A stretch of 63,884 nt of DNA. It comes from a virus. Its lineage: Duplodnaviria; Caudoviricetes. The DNA is taken from positions 1 to 63,884 of IMG/VR virus record IMGVR_UViG_3300025132_000031, one strand, 5' to 3'. Of the stretch, positions 1-8,213 are shown piece by piece. Under the pieces are notes generated by a model. That model was given only the letters and a program-made list of their open reading frames with translations, ran no database searches and was not told where the DNA came from. Position 1 is the first letter of the stretch. Each line of letters starts with the position of its first letter. Made by a program: the position numbers and the translations under genes.

Positions 1-1877
1 TCCGGAGCCAGAGTCTTGTTATGACATAAGAATCCTTCACAGAAATATGTATGTGCATCGTCAACTGTAATACTGACAACCTTTCCGTCAGGCATCCTTT
101 GCCTGCCTATTAAGGCCACTTCTCCATCTTCTAAAGCAACACGATCACCCTCTTTAAGATCTTCTGCAGTAATCCATTTGTCATCTGTTTCTGAGTAGAA
201 CTGATGAGTAGGAGAACATGTAATACTTTTACCTTCAAAGTTCAACTGCACGATTGGTGAGTCGACTAGTTCGACACGACTAACTTTGTAGTTACCAATT
301 GTGAAATCTTCTTCATGTGCTGTACGAACCTCGTCACCGACTTTGAGTTCCCCTGCAGGTTTCTGAGATTTATCTGACAGCAAAATTTTCATGTCCGGAG
401 TAGGACACCAACCGGGAGGAAATGGGCTTTTCCAAGGATCATCTCTTCTTGGATCGTCTCTCCATCCAGGAGGATCTTGTTCTTTTATTACAGGTGGGCG
501 TTGCTTATATTCATCACTAGCCTGAATGCTCCTTTTAATGTCATCTAAAGCCTGTGTATATTTCGCCGGTCCCAGACCATCTTCCATTTTCCAAGGATCT
601 GGATTGTCCAGAGCTTGGTCAACCCAATAGTTTAATCCTTCTTGATCAGCCTCTCTACCTAGTAAATTCTCATACATTCCCTTAACTCTGGAAGTTAAGT
701 AACCTTTGCCTCTATCGGCGACAGCTCCAACGCCTGGATCGTCTCTCCATCCCCCTGGTGGAGGACCAATCCTAGAATCACGTCCACCCGGTTTACGACC
801 ACCCTTACCTCTTTCTTCAGGAGTTGAATCTTCCCAACTTATATATGGCTGACCTGGCCCTCTTTGATTTCTATCATCTGTGCCGTCACCATCTTGATCT
901 TGGAAATCCATGGTAACCGCAAGATCAGGGTCCATTCCAATCCGACCACCATATCCCGGATTAGGATTCCTTCTTTTTTCCTCATCTGTCCAATATTCAG
1001 GAGCGACTCTTCCCATATTCCAACCATCTCCTCTATATCCCGGTAGATTTTTATCAATAGGAGGTGTTTCTCTCCTAATCGTATTCCAATAATTCTTGGA
1101 ATCAAACGATCTACTATCGTCTCTGTTGATATAGTCTTCTCTATTAATAATCTGTCTTCGTCTATCCAACTCGTCCTTGCTATATCTATCACCCTCTGAA
1201 TAATTAGTTCTATTAATAGACTCTTCACTTCTATTGATGTTATCCATAGCATCTTGGATAGCACGACCATATCCTCTCTCGTCTGGATTGGCCATCACTT
1301 GATCAGTCCAATATTTTAAACCTTCTGCATCAGCATCACGTCCTAAAACATTCTGATATCCTTCTCTAAGAATGTTTTCAATTTGACCTCTGCTGGGTGA
1401 TGTTCCAGGTCCTTGACTATTCCAACCTTCATCTGTAGGGCTAGGACGCTGATCATCGATTATAGGCATTGGGATAGGACCCATATCTATATCCCTAGAA
1501 GTATCTCTATTCGGATCAACGTCTGGAGGTCTAACGCCAATAGGTTTCTCTTGTGGAGTGTCGTATCTTATTCTCTCCATCTCTTCATCGCTGATCCATT
1601 TATCATCCCCAGGCTGTTGAGGATCCCATCTCTCTTCCTTGCCATACCCATGATTAAATCCTATTTGATTTCCTTGTCCATCCCAAATAACACTTTTCTG
1701 CCGATTATAGAAATCCATCCAATCACCAATATCGCCAGCATTCCCCCCTTGCATGGAAGGAACTCCACCTTGGAAATTATTAGAGATGCTACTACCTCTA
1801 TTTCTTATACGATCTAATTGATCTTCGTAATAACCTTGTGGTGCTAAACCATCAAGCTCTTGAAATACAGATGACAT
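1..1877 (-). CDS. Large Pro/Asp/Arg-rich protein with two DUF4214-like (LGRxxDxxGLxYW) motifs and a Hint domain; runs off the window start
   Basis: Missing from the ORF track (no stop in window). Manual translation from ATG 1877: MSSVFQELDG..., YQNVLGRDADAEGLKYWTDQ, YENLLGREADQEGLNYWVDQ, then an in-frame Hint domain. Confidence 0.85.
   Translation of the reverse strand, partial: MSSVFQELDGLAPQGYYEDQLDRIRNRGSSISNNFQGGVPSMQGGNAGDIGDWMDFYNRQKSVIWDGQGNQIGFNHGYGKEERWDPQQPGDDKWISDEEMERIRYDTPQEKPIGVRPPDVDPNRDTSRDIDMGPIPMPIIDDQRPSPTDEGWNSQGPGTSPSRGQIENILREGYQNVLGRDADAEGLKYWTDQVMANPDERGYGRAIQDAMDNINRSEESINRTNYSEGDRYSKDELDRRRQIINREDYINRDDSRSFDSKNYWNTIRRETPPIDKNLPGYRGDGWNMGRVAPEYWTDEEKRRNPNPGYGGRIGMDPDLAVTMDFQDQDGDGTDDRNQRGPGQPYISWEDSTPEERGKGGRKPGGRDSRIGPPPGGWRDDPGVGAVADRGKGYLTSRVKGMYENLLGREADQEGLNYWVDQALDNPDPWKMEDGLGPAKYTQALDDIKRSIQASDEYKQRPPVIKEQDPPGWRDDPRRDDPWKSPFPPGWCPTPDMKILLSDKSQKPAGELKVGDEVRTAHEEDFTIGNYKVSRVELVDSPIVQLNFEGKSITCSPTHQFYSETDDKWITAEDLKEGDRVALEDGEVALIGRQRMPDGKVVSITVDDAHTYFCEGFLCHNKTLAP
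18..407 (-). other. Hint (intein-like/BIL) domain, 130 aa, no endonuclease
   Basis: CPTPDMKILLSDKSQKPAGELKVGDEV...ITCSPTHQFY...WITAEDLKEGDRV...VVSITVDDAHTYFCEGFLCHN|KT: Cys1, block-B His, block F and terminal His-Asn. Confidence 0.9.
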
Positions 1878-1920
1878 ACTAAATCCGACAAGTCGTGCAG
1901 ACTACCTTTTAGTATCTTAC

Positions 1921-2343
1921 TTAATTACCAAACAGTAGAGGTAATAGCGACATACCACTACCGATAATGCGAGTCGTCATATCATGCTTGAGTTGAGGAT
2001 TGATAATATTTTGTAAATCCTGCTGTTGTCTTACTCCACGATCTTGAGTAGCTAAGTCTTGAATAGACCTATGTTCGGGTCCCCATTGAGATGTATCAAT
2101 ATCTTTGACATACATGCCTCTAGCGGCATCAACAGGTATCATGCCTGCAGCTTTTGTGGCTTCTAAAAGAGTATTAGTGAAAGTCTGATCATTACTTAAA
2201 GAGCCTAAGACTGCCTTAGCTTCGTCTTCTGTAAGACGACCTAACTTAGCTTTTTCTAAAGCCTTTGCATAGGTAGGACTTCTCCTTGCGGCTTCCTCTA
2301 TAAGAACCTGATTGAACTGTTTAGTATTTAATCTTTGTCCCAT
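1921..2343 (-). CDS. Hypothetical protein
   Basis: ORF in co-oriented block; upstream TACAAT -10-like box. Confidence 0.7.
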   Translation of the reverse strand: MGQRLNTKQFNQVLIEEAARRSPTYAKALEKAKLGRLTEDEAKAVLGSLSNDQTFTNTLLEATKAAGMIPVDAARGMYVKDIDTSQWGPEHRSIQDLATQDRGVRQQQDLQNIINPQLKHDMTTRIIGSGMSLLPLLFGN

Positions 2344-2380
2344 TGAAATAAGTAAAGCCTCTTTTTATTGTAATTGGATT

Positions 2381-2848
2381 TTATGATCCCAATCCTAGGC
2401 TTTTTCCTAGAACATTGTATATGGCAGTTGTGTCAAGTTGGCCCCCTGAAGAGGAGGGCATTTCTACAGTAGAAATTTGAGGAGTCAAACCGCCTGAAGT
2501 CGTCGCACCTTTTAAGTTATCCCCAGCCATTCTGAGGTTGGGTGAACTACCCCATATATTTGCAAGGTTGCTCATAATATTCTGTTGCTTCGTAAACTTC
2601 TGCCTTTTCTCTAATTCCCACTGCAACTGTTCGTTAATCATCTCTCTTTCTACTAAGTCACCCTTTACCTCTAGCATGTCTCCCGCTAGATCCATTCCCT
2701 TAGTAAAATTTAACTGATTAATCCGTTGAGCATCTTCTATCCCCGAAGTAGATTTAATGGCACTAAAACTTTCAATTGGGGGGTCACCAGGGAAGTTGTT
2801 GAGATAGGCTTGAGCAACTCCTAAGTTACTAGGTAAAGAAACTGCCAT
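2381..2848 (-). CDS. Hypothetical, putative virion/internal protein (DLAGD and RMAGD motifs)
   Basis: Tightly packed with neighbours; shared motif. Confidence 0.7.
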   Translation of the reverse strand: MAVSLPSNLGVAQAYLNNFPGDPPIESFSAIKSTSGIEDAQRINQLNFTKGMDLAGDMLEVKGDLVEREMINEQLQWELEKRQKFTKQQNIMSNLANIWGSSPNLRMAGDNLKGATTSGGLTPQISTVEMPSSSGGQLDTTAIYNVLGKSLGLGS

Positions 2849-2850
2849 AT

Positions 2851-3660
2851 TTAGTAACCTCCACCAAGAATAGTATTCACGGTTGAAGCTCCGGCAGATT
2901 GAGCATTAGCAATAGCATTGGCAACCATAGCGTCCTGTTGAGCCTGTCTGTTACGAGCTGACTGCTGATTTAGTAAATCTGTCATTGGAGCTAGTCTTGC
3001 TGAGTTGATTTCGTTTTGAATAGCCTGTCTCTTAAGCTGTTGATTCAAGTCAACATTAGGATCGATAATACTGTAAGCACCTCTCGCTAAACCTTTACCT
3101 GCTCCGCTTCCGAGCATTCCACCTATACCTGCTCCTACAACCCATCCAACGCCTGGAAGGAATGGCAATAAGGTTTGACCTACCACACCTCCTAACATTG
3201 TTCCACCTGCAGTACCTCCTAGGCTTCCGACTGCCTCTGCTACGTTGACTGCTGTTGGATCTGTAGGATCTCTTAATTCTTGTGCAGCATCCAAAATAGC
3301 CAGCAATGAACCTATACCTGCTACACCTCTTGCACGAGGGACTGTTCCTTTAATTCCAGCCTTTACATAACCCCAAGGACCTTTAATATTCTTAATTGCT
3401 TGTCTTCCTGCTTCAGTCTTTAATGCGTCTCCATACATTATTCCCATCCCTGTGTTATCTATGTTCTTACCCATAGCTCTTAACCAATCAGGAGCTCCAG
3501 CCTTTCTGAAGTTACTTGGATTAGGAACAGTTTTTTCTTGTACGTTTTGAAATAATGTATAAGGAACTAATGTTCCTGCTGTCTGGGCTGCTGCTGTTTT
3601 CCAAGAGCTGTTAGGTCGGATACCACCATCGTCTACCCAGGTATTAGAATATTGAGACAT
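2851..3660 (-). CDS. Gly/Ala-rich protein with glycine-zipper-like segment; putative ejection/internal protein
   Basis: GSLGGTAGGTMLGGVVG...GAGIGGMLGSGAG; Gln-rich helical C-terminus. Confidence 0.6.
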   Translation of the reverse strand: MSQYSNTWVDDGGIRPNSSWKTAAAQTAGTLVPYTLFQNVQEKTVPNPSNFRKAGAPDWLRAMGKNIDNTGMGIMYGDALKTEAGRQAIKNIKGPWGYVKAGIKGTVPRARGVAGIGSLLAILDAAQELRDPTDPTAVNVAEAVGSLGGTAGGTMLGGVVGQTLLPFLPGVGWVVGAGIGGMLGSGAGKGLARGAYSIIDPNVDLNQQLKRQAIQNEINSARLAPMTDLLNQQSARNRQAQQDAMVANAIANAQSAGASTVNTILGGGY

Positions 3661-3697
3661 TCTTTAAAGACACAATAAGCCTACTGTTTAGATTCTA

Positions 3698-4507
3698 TCA
3701 GTCTTCCATGTAAGGAAGTTTCTCAGGTTCTACCCACGGTACTAAATGAGCAACATTTTCTGCTGTCATATTTAATTTCTTACATTTAAAGAACTTCGGA
3801 GCACCCTCTCTGTTGTCTACACATTCAATAGAGGCATGGACATAGTCAGCATTATGTCTCTTCTCTGGACGTTCTCTCCATTTACCGTCTACCTTTTCGT
3901 AGCGTTTTTCATCAAACGGCACATCATAGTCTTCAATGTATTGCCATATGTCGTCATGAGTCCATTCCCTGAGAGGAAAGACCAAGGACGCAACACCCTC
4001 AGGCATTCCTCGTACTTCAACTCGAGTACCCGCATCCCCTCCTAATATCGGATCTGAATCACAATTCTTATGTCCTATCCATAACGCATCCACAAAGGGA
4101 ACACGTAATGATTCTTGTTTTGGACGCTTGAGAATATCTAAAGCAGTTGTGAAAGGTAAATCATCCGCTGGTTCCACAATCCCTGTCGGACAGGTCAATA
4201 TCGTGTTATTAAGTTTATACCAATGTTGCACTTCAAACTCGTCATCTACACGCTGCATAGCAGACTTAAAAGGATGCCATGTATAAACCAATAATTCCCA
4301 ATCTCTAATAATTCGATCTTGAAATTCATATTTAAACGGTTGCCACGGTTCTCTGAAAAATATGACAGGAACTTTAATACCATGTCTTCTTAAGAGATGT
4401 AACAAAACCATACTGTCTTTTCCACCTGACCAACAAACCATGGTCGATAAAAAATGATTCACAGAGGAATCAATAATCTGATCTGTACGTTCTAACTTAT
4501 CTCTCAC
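3698..4507 (-). CDS. PAPS-reductase-family (PP-loop) protein
   Basis: WSGGKDSMVLLHL; FPLREWTHDDIWQYI. Confidence 0.85.
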   Translation of the reverse strand: MRDKLERTDQIIDSSVNHFLSTMVCWSGGKDSMVLLHLLRRHGIKVPVIFFREPWQPFKYEFQDRIIRDWELLVYTWHPFKSAMQRVDDEFEVQHWYKLNNTILTCPTGIVEPADDLPFTTALDILKRPKQESLRVPFVDALWIGHKNCDSDPILGGDAGTRVEVRGMPEGVASLVFPLREWTHDDIWQYIEDYDVPFDEKRYEKVDGKWRERPEKRHNADYVHASIECVDNREGAPKFFKCKKLNMTAENVAHLVPWVEPEKLPYMED

Positions 4508-4547
4508 TAAAAATATTCAACTCTACTTAAGGTAGCGAAGAATAATC

Positions 4548-4952
4548 CTAAATCAATACCCCAGCGACAGTACCTATAACAGTTCCTCCAAGTTGCATCC
4601 AAGCGGCATCTTGTGCTCCTTGAGCCTGGCGTCTTGCAAAACGTTCGCTAGCCAATCTATTGCGATAAGCCATCTCTTCATTTGCTTTATTGCCTAACAT
4701 ATCTCCCGCCATTCTCAATTCATTCGTAAATTGATCATCCAAAACCTTAGCCTGATGTAAAGCTTCGTCTGCACCAAAACTAATCCCTGACAAGCCAGGT
4801 TCCATGCTTGGGGTGAATTGTTGATTTTGATGCCTTGCAGCATTAGGCATTACGCCTTTAAAAGCAGTAGGATCTGGTCCCGAGAATCCACCGGAAGAGT
4901 GCTCTTTCCTGAGCACCTTCATTACTTCTACTGGATCTAAGTCAAAAGCCAT
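4548..4952 (-). CDS. Hypothetical, putative virion protein (LRMAGD; hydrophobic C-terminus)
   Basis: ORF in operon-like block. Confidence 0.7.
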   Translation of the reverse strand: MAFDLDPVEVMKVLRKEHSSGGFSGPDPTAFKGVMPNAARHQNQQFTPSMEPGLSGISFGADEALHQAKVLDDQFTNELRMAGDMLGNKANEEMAYRNRLASERFARRQAQGAQDAAWMQLGGTVIGTVAGVLI

Positions 4953-4961
4953 AGCTATATG

Positions 4962-5471
4962 TTACCAAGTGTGAGGTGAATTATATCCGAAGATATTCGT
5001 TGAAGAAGTGCCTGGTATGTCCATATCAGTAGTCCATTCTATTGTTCTACCTCCGTAGGTACTATCAGTACCGAATGGATCGATATTATAACCTGAAGGA
5101 TTAACCATCGCATTTGGATCATCAAAATCCAATCCCCAAGCATCTGTACCACTCGATCCTCTCCCTGAGAATTGATTGCCTCCGCTATTCATCAAGGAAT
5201 TCGCACCCCAACTAATAAAAGGACTTGCAATTGAACCTAACATGCTTGTTAATCCTTGTGTCCGTGCCGCTTTTCCCGCTTGAGCTCCAGCATATTCAGT
5301 CGCTTTTGCTTGATGTTCGTTCTGAATTTCCTTACTCTTTATATCTCCTACCAATGAAGCAAGAGCATCACCTGCCATCCTATTCCTTGAATCAACATTA
5401 CGTGCACTTGTAATACCTAAGGCACTACCAATAGCTCCTAGTCCAGTAATCTTGGGGATTGGAATACCCAT
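4962..5471 (-). CDS. Hypothetical, putative virion protein (RMAGD)
   Basis: ORF in operon-like block. Confidence 0.7.
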   Translation of the reverse strand: MGIPIPKITGLGAIGSALGITSARNVDSRNRMAGDALASLVGDIKSKEIQNEHQAKATEYAGAQAGKAARTQGLTSMLGSIASPFISWGANSLMNSGGNQFSGRGSSGTDAWGLDFDDPNAMVNPSGYNIDPFGTDSTYGGRTIEWTTDMDIPGTSSTNIFGYNSPHTW

Positions 5472-5473
5472 TC

Positions 5474-6889
5474 TTATACGTCCTCAGTTCCCATAGTTCT
5501 TCTTATCGATTCTAGTCCCTGTCCTGTAATGCCTCCTACTGCTGCTGCACCTCCACCATATTTAAGTATTTCCCAAAGCATTTCCTTTTGACCTTCACGA
5601 GTTGCAGTTTCTTTTACCATTTTCTCTTGTTGCATCTCTTTTCTTAAGTCTTCGATGCGTGTAGGCTCTGCTATTCGACGAGCCATCTCTGGAGTATCTG
5701 GCTTAGCGTACTTAAGATCATCTTGTTCTTTTTTCATGGCCTTAATTTTCTCGTTTGCTAGGTTTTGAGCTTCTAATGGTCCCTTTGCACGAGCAATATT
5801 ACGTGCTCCACGCCTAAATCCGTAGCGTGCACCCGCCGCTGCAGCCAATGTAGGTAAAATTGCGGTTGCAGCAGGCATAGATTTACCCATGAAGTTTATT
5901 TCAGGGCCATGAATACCTGTAGCAGTCCCTTTTAGGGCTCCCAAGATGTTAAATGTGCCATCATCGAACGGGTTTAAGTCTGTTTTCCTGTCAAATTGGT
6001 AAGCTTTGTACCTTCTGTACTCTGATTCAGAGACATCTGGCCGTTCTTTGCTGAATTCGTCGTAAGGAAGTAAACGTCCTGTCCGTCCTAGGAAGTAACG
6101 ACTCACTAATTCGCCAATAGGAGAATCGGTTCTACGTGGATCGCTCTCACTAGGAAGAACTGCTTTGTATCCTGCGGGTCTTCCAATATTTCCAATACCA
6201 GTTGACATAGCAATAATGGCTGGAACAGTAGCCGCTAAACGAATATTCCTGTTTTTAAGTAAAGATTCGTGTGTTGGGTTAACCTGCTTCAGTCTTGCCG
6301 CTAATTCTTGATCTCCGATTGATGCATTAGTTCCAGGGTTCTCCATTCCAGCCTGTTCTCTATGTAGTCCTTCCAGCAAAGTTAACTGTGTTAATGCTTG
6401 TGGAGCATTTAAAAACCACCAAATATTACGGAGTCCGTCACTCATTACATCAGCAGCCAAGGCACCACCTATTTGCTGTGCTCTAGCTCCTGCACTAGGA
6501 GCCTGTCCTTTTGGGTAAGGTCTTGTATAAGTTTGAGCTACCTCAGGACGTTGCTCCAAGAATTGATCTCTAGCTTTTCTCTCGTCAGGATGGAATCCCC
6601 CTAGAGGAATTTGGCCTACGGTATCTCGAATTTTTTCGCTAATTCCTCTATTTCCTTCTCTGTTAATTGGAAGATAATCCAACTGCCTAATAGCTGAATT
6701 AAATAAATCACTTTCAGCTAAATTATGAGGTAAATAAAATCTTGCTGTATCTACAGCACTAGAACTCCCTGCAATATCTTCTAAAGGAGTATTTTGATAT
6801 ACCTTTCCTAGGTTTTTTAAATCGTCGGATCGCCTCGCCTCTTGATAGTTACGAGGACTCGTGAAGAAGGCGTCTTCAAAGATACTCAT
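5474..6889 (-). CDS. Hypothetical 471-aa protein, putative internal virion protein
   Basis: Long ORF, 2-nt gaps to neighbours, Ala/Gly-rich helices. Confidence 0.75.
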   Translation of the reverse strand: MSIFEDAFFTSPRNYQEARRSDDLKNLGKVYQNTPLEDIAGSSSAVDTARFYLPHNLAESDLFNSAIRQLDYLPINREGNRGISEKIRDTVGQIPLGGFHPDERKARDQFLEQRPEVAQTYTRPYPKGQAPSAGARAQQIGGALAADVMSDGLRNIWWFLNAPQALTQLTLLEGLHREQAGMENPGTNASIGDQELAARLKQVNPTHESLLKNRNIRLAATVPAIIAMSTGIGNIGRPAGYKAVLPSESDPRRTDSPIGELVSRYFLGRTGRLLPYDEFSKERPDVSESEYRRYKAYQFDRKTDLNPFDDGTFNILGALKGTATGIHGPEINFMGKSMPAATAILPTLAAAAGARYGFRRGARNIARAKGPLEAQNLANEKIKAMKKEQDDLKYAKPDTPEMARRIAEPTRIEDLRKEMQQEKMVKETATREGQKEMLWEILKYGGGAAAVGGITGQGLESIRRTMGTEDV

Positions 6890-6891
6890 AA

Positions 6892-7368
6892 TTAAACGAG
6901 AGCTCCTCCTGCAGATAATGCTCCACTGAGCAATGCCTGCTGAAGTTCACGTTGTATTAGTTCTTCCTGCGTAGCGGGAGCTGCTGCTGCCCCTGGAGTA
7001 CGTTGAGCTATATCTTCGTAAATCTTCTGTGAAATTGGGAATTTATAAATACCTGTCGCAGGTAACGCACTACCTACAAAGTCTGAAGCAGTGACCAAAT
7101 CCTGATATCTTTGACCTCTTAAACCCATAGCTCTACCTGCGCCTATACCAGCTCCAATTCCAAGAAGAGAAGCGGCTAGACCTACTCCTGCATCTTCTCC
7201 AAAAGCAAGACCCCTTTCACCCCACGTAGCATTTTCAGGAAGTCTCATCGCTGCTGCTCCACCAAATAGGACATCAGGCCCGAAACGGAAAAGAGCCGAC
7301 CTTGCATCAGGAGCTACTTCCTTCCTGATCATATTTAAGATCTGTCCAGCTTTTCTAAGGTTTCTCAT
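6892..7368 (-). CDS. Hypothetical Gly/Ala-rich protein (LRKAGQ at N-terminus)
   Basis: TAATG coupling to upstream gene. Confidence 0.7.
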   Translation of the reverse strand: MRNLRKAGQILNMIRKEVAPDARSALFRFGPDVLFGGAAAMRLPENATWGERGLAFGEDAGVGLAASLLGIGAGIGAGRAMGLRGQRYQDLVTASDFVGSALPATGIYKFPISQKIYEDIAQRTPGAAAAPATQEELIQRELQQALLSGALSAGGALV

Positions 7369-7733
7369 TACGCTACTGGCCCCTCCATAGGCATAGGTGC
7401 TGGTGGCATTTCTGTTACGGGATTAAACGACTCAACATTAATGGAATTGCTCATGAACATATCCATAAATCTTTGAAGTTTTTCCTGAGCAATAGGACTT
7501 GCTTCAGGTCCTGCAACAGTATTAGCTGCTGCTCCAAATTCACCAGTAATACCTACTCGTGATTCCGGATCCCAAATATCACCCGCAAAGCGATCACCAG
7601 GTTTTAACTGACCAACAGAAGACCTAGTGGTAATATCAACAGGACGCTCTCCTAGGTTACGCTGATTCTCATTAGCTTGATGTAATGTGCGACGTACACC
7701 GGATGGATCTTGGCTAATTCCTCGGAAAGACAC
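7368..7733 (-). CDS. Hypothetical protein (RFAGD)
   Basis: GTG start, coupled to the next gene. Confidence 0.65.
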   Translation of the reverse strand: MSFRGISQDPSGVRRTLHQANENQRNLGERPVDITTRSSVGQLKPGDRFAGDIWDPESRVGITGEFGAAANTVAGPEASPIAQEKLQRFMDMFMSNSINVESFNPVTEMPPAPMPMEGPVA

Positions 7734-7765
7734 ACTAAGACTGCACTATATATTCTTTATATTAA

Positions 7766-8005
7766 CTACTTTGAAATAACGTTCTTATAAAAATTAGCCT
7801 TCTTAACCATCTTGTCGGAATGCTCCTCTTTATTCTTTAAAACTTCATTAGCAAAAGCCTTGCGACCTTCTGGGGAATCCTCATGTCCTGCCTTAGTTGC
7901 AGCCGCAGTGAATGTACCTCCAGTACCACCTTTACTCATAGGCTTTTTCATCTTCTTGAAAGCTTGAGCTAAAGCCTTAGCCTTTTTGCGTTTTTCTTCA
8001 CTCAT
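7766..8005 (-). CDS. Small basic protein (GTFTAAATKAG...FANEVLKN...KKANF)
   Basis: Lys-rich 79 aa; resembles a motif recurring in phage virion-associated proteins (recognised from memory). Confidence 0.65.
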   Translation of the reverse strand: MSEEKRKKAKALAQAFKKMKKPMSKGGTGGTFTAAATKAGHEDSPEGRKAFANEVLKNKEEHSDKMVKKANFYKNVISK

Positions 8006-8213
8006 CTCTTAATTCTACTCCTGTAAGAGGCTGGCCTTTGAGTACATATTTGTACATCAGCCATGTATGCGTATTAAAGATCAATGTTGAAAAAATTACA
8101 ACAGACACAGGATCAAATCCATTTTCCTTCGTCAAGGCACCAAGCAACGCATACCCCTGTTCTGTATGTTTTCTCATATCTTCAGGGGTAATTGTAAACG
8201 TATGCTTTTTCAT
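7998..8213 (-). CDS. Hypothetical protein
   Basis: Overlap-coupled with both neighbours. Confidence 0.6.
   Translation of the reverse strand: MKKHTFTITPEDMRKHTEQGYALLGALTKENGFDPVSVVIFSTLIFNTHTWLMYKYVLKGQPLTGVELRDE

Noticed and set aside
18-407. Mobile homing intein
   Set aside because: No endonuclease insert, the +1 residue is Lys, and the host is not a conserved enzyme; better described as a BIL-type Hint domain
839-1817. ORF-track calls 839-1270(-), 864-1046(+), 910-1092(+), 1413-1817(+)
   Set aside because: Shadow frames of the real minus-strand gene 1-1877, which has DUF4214 and Hint motifs
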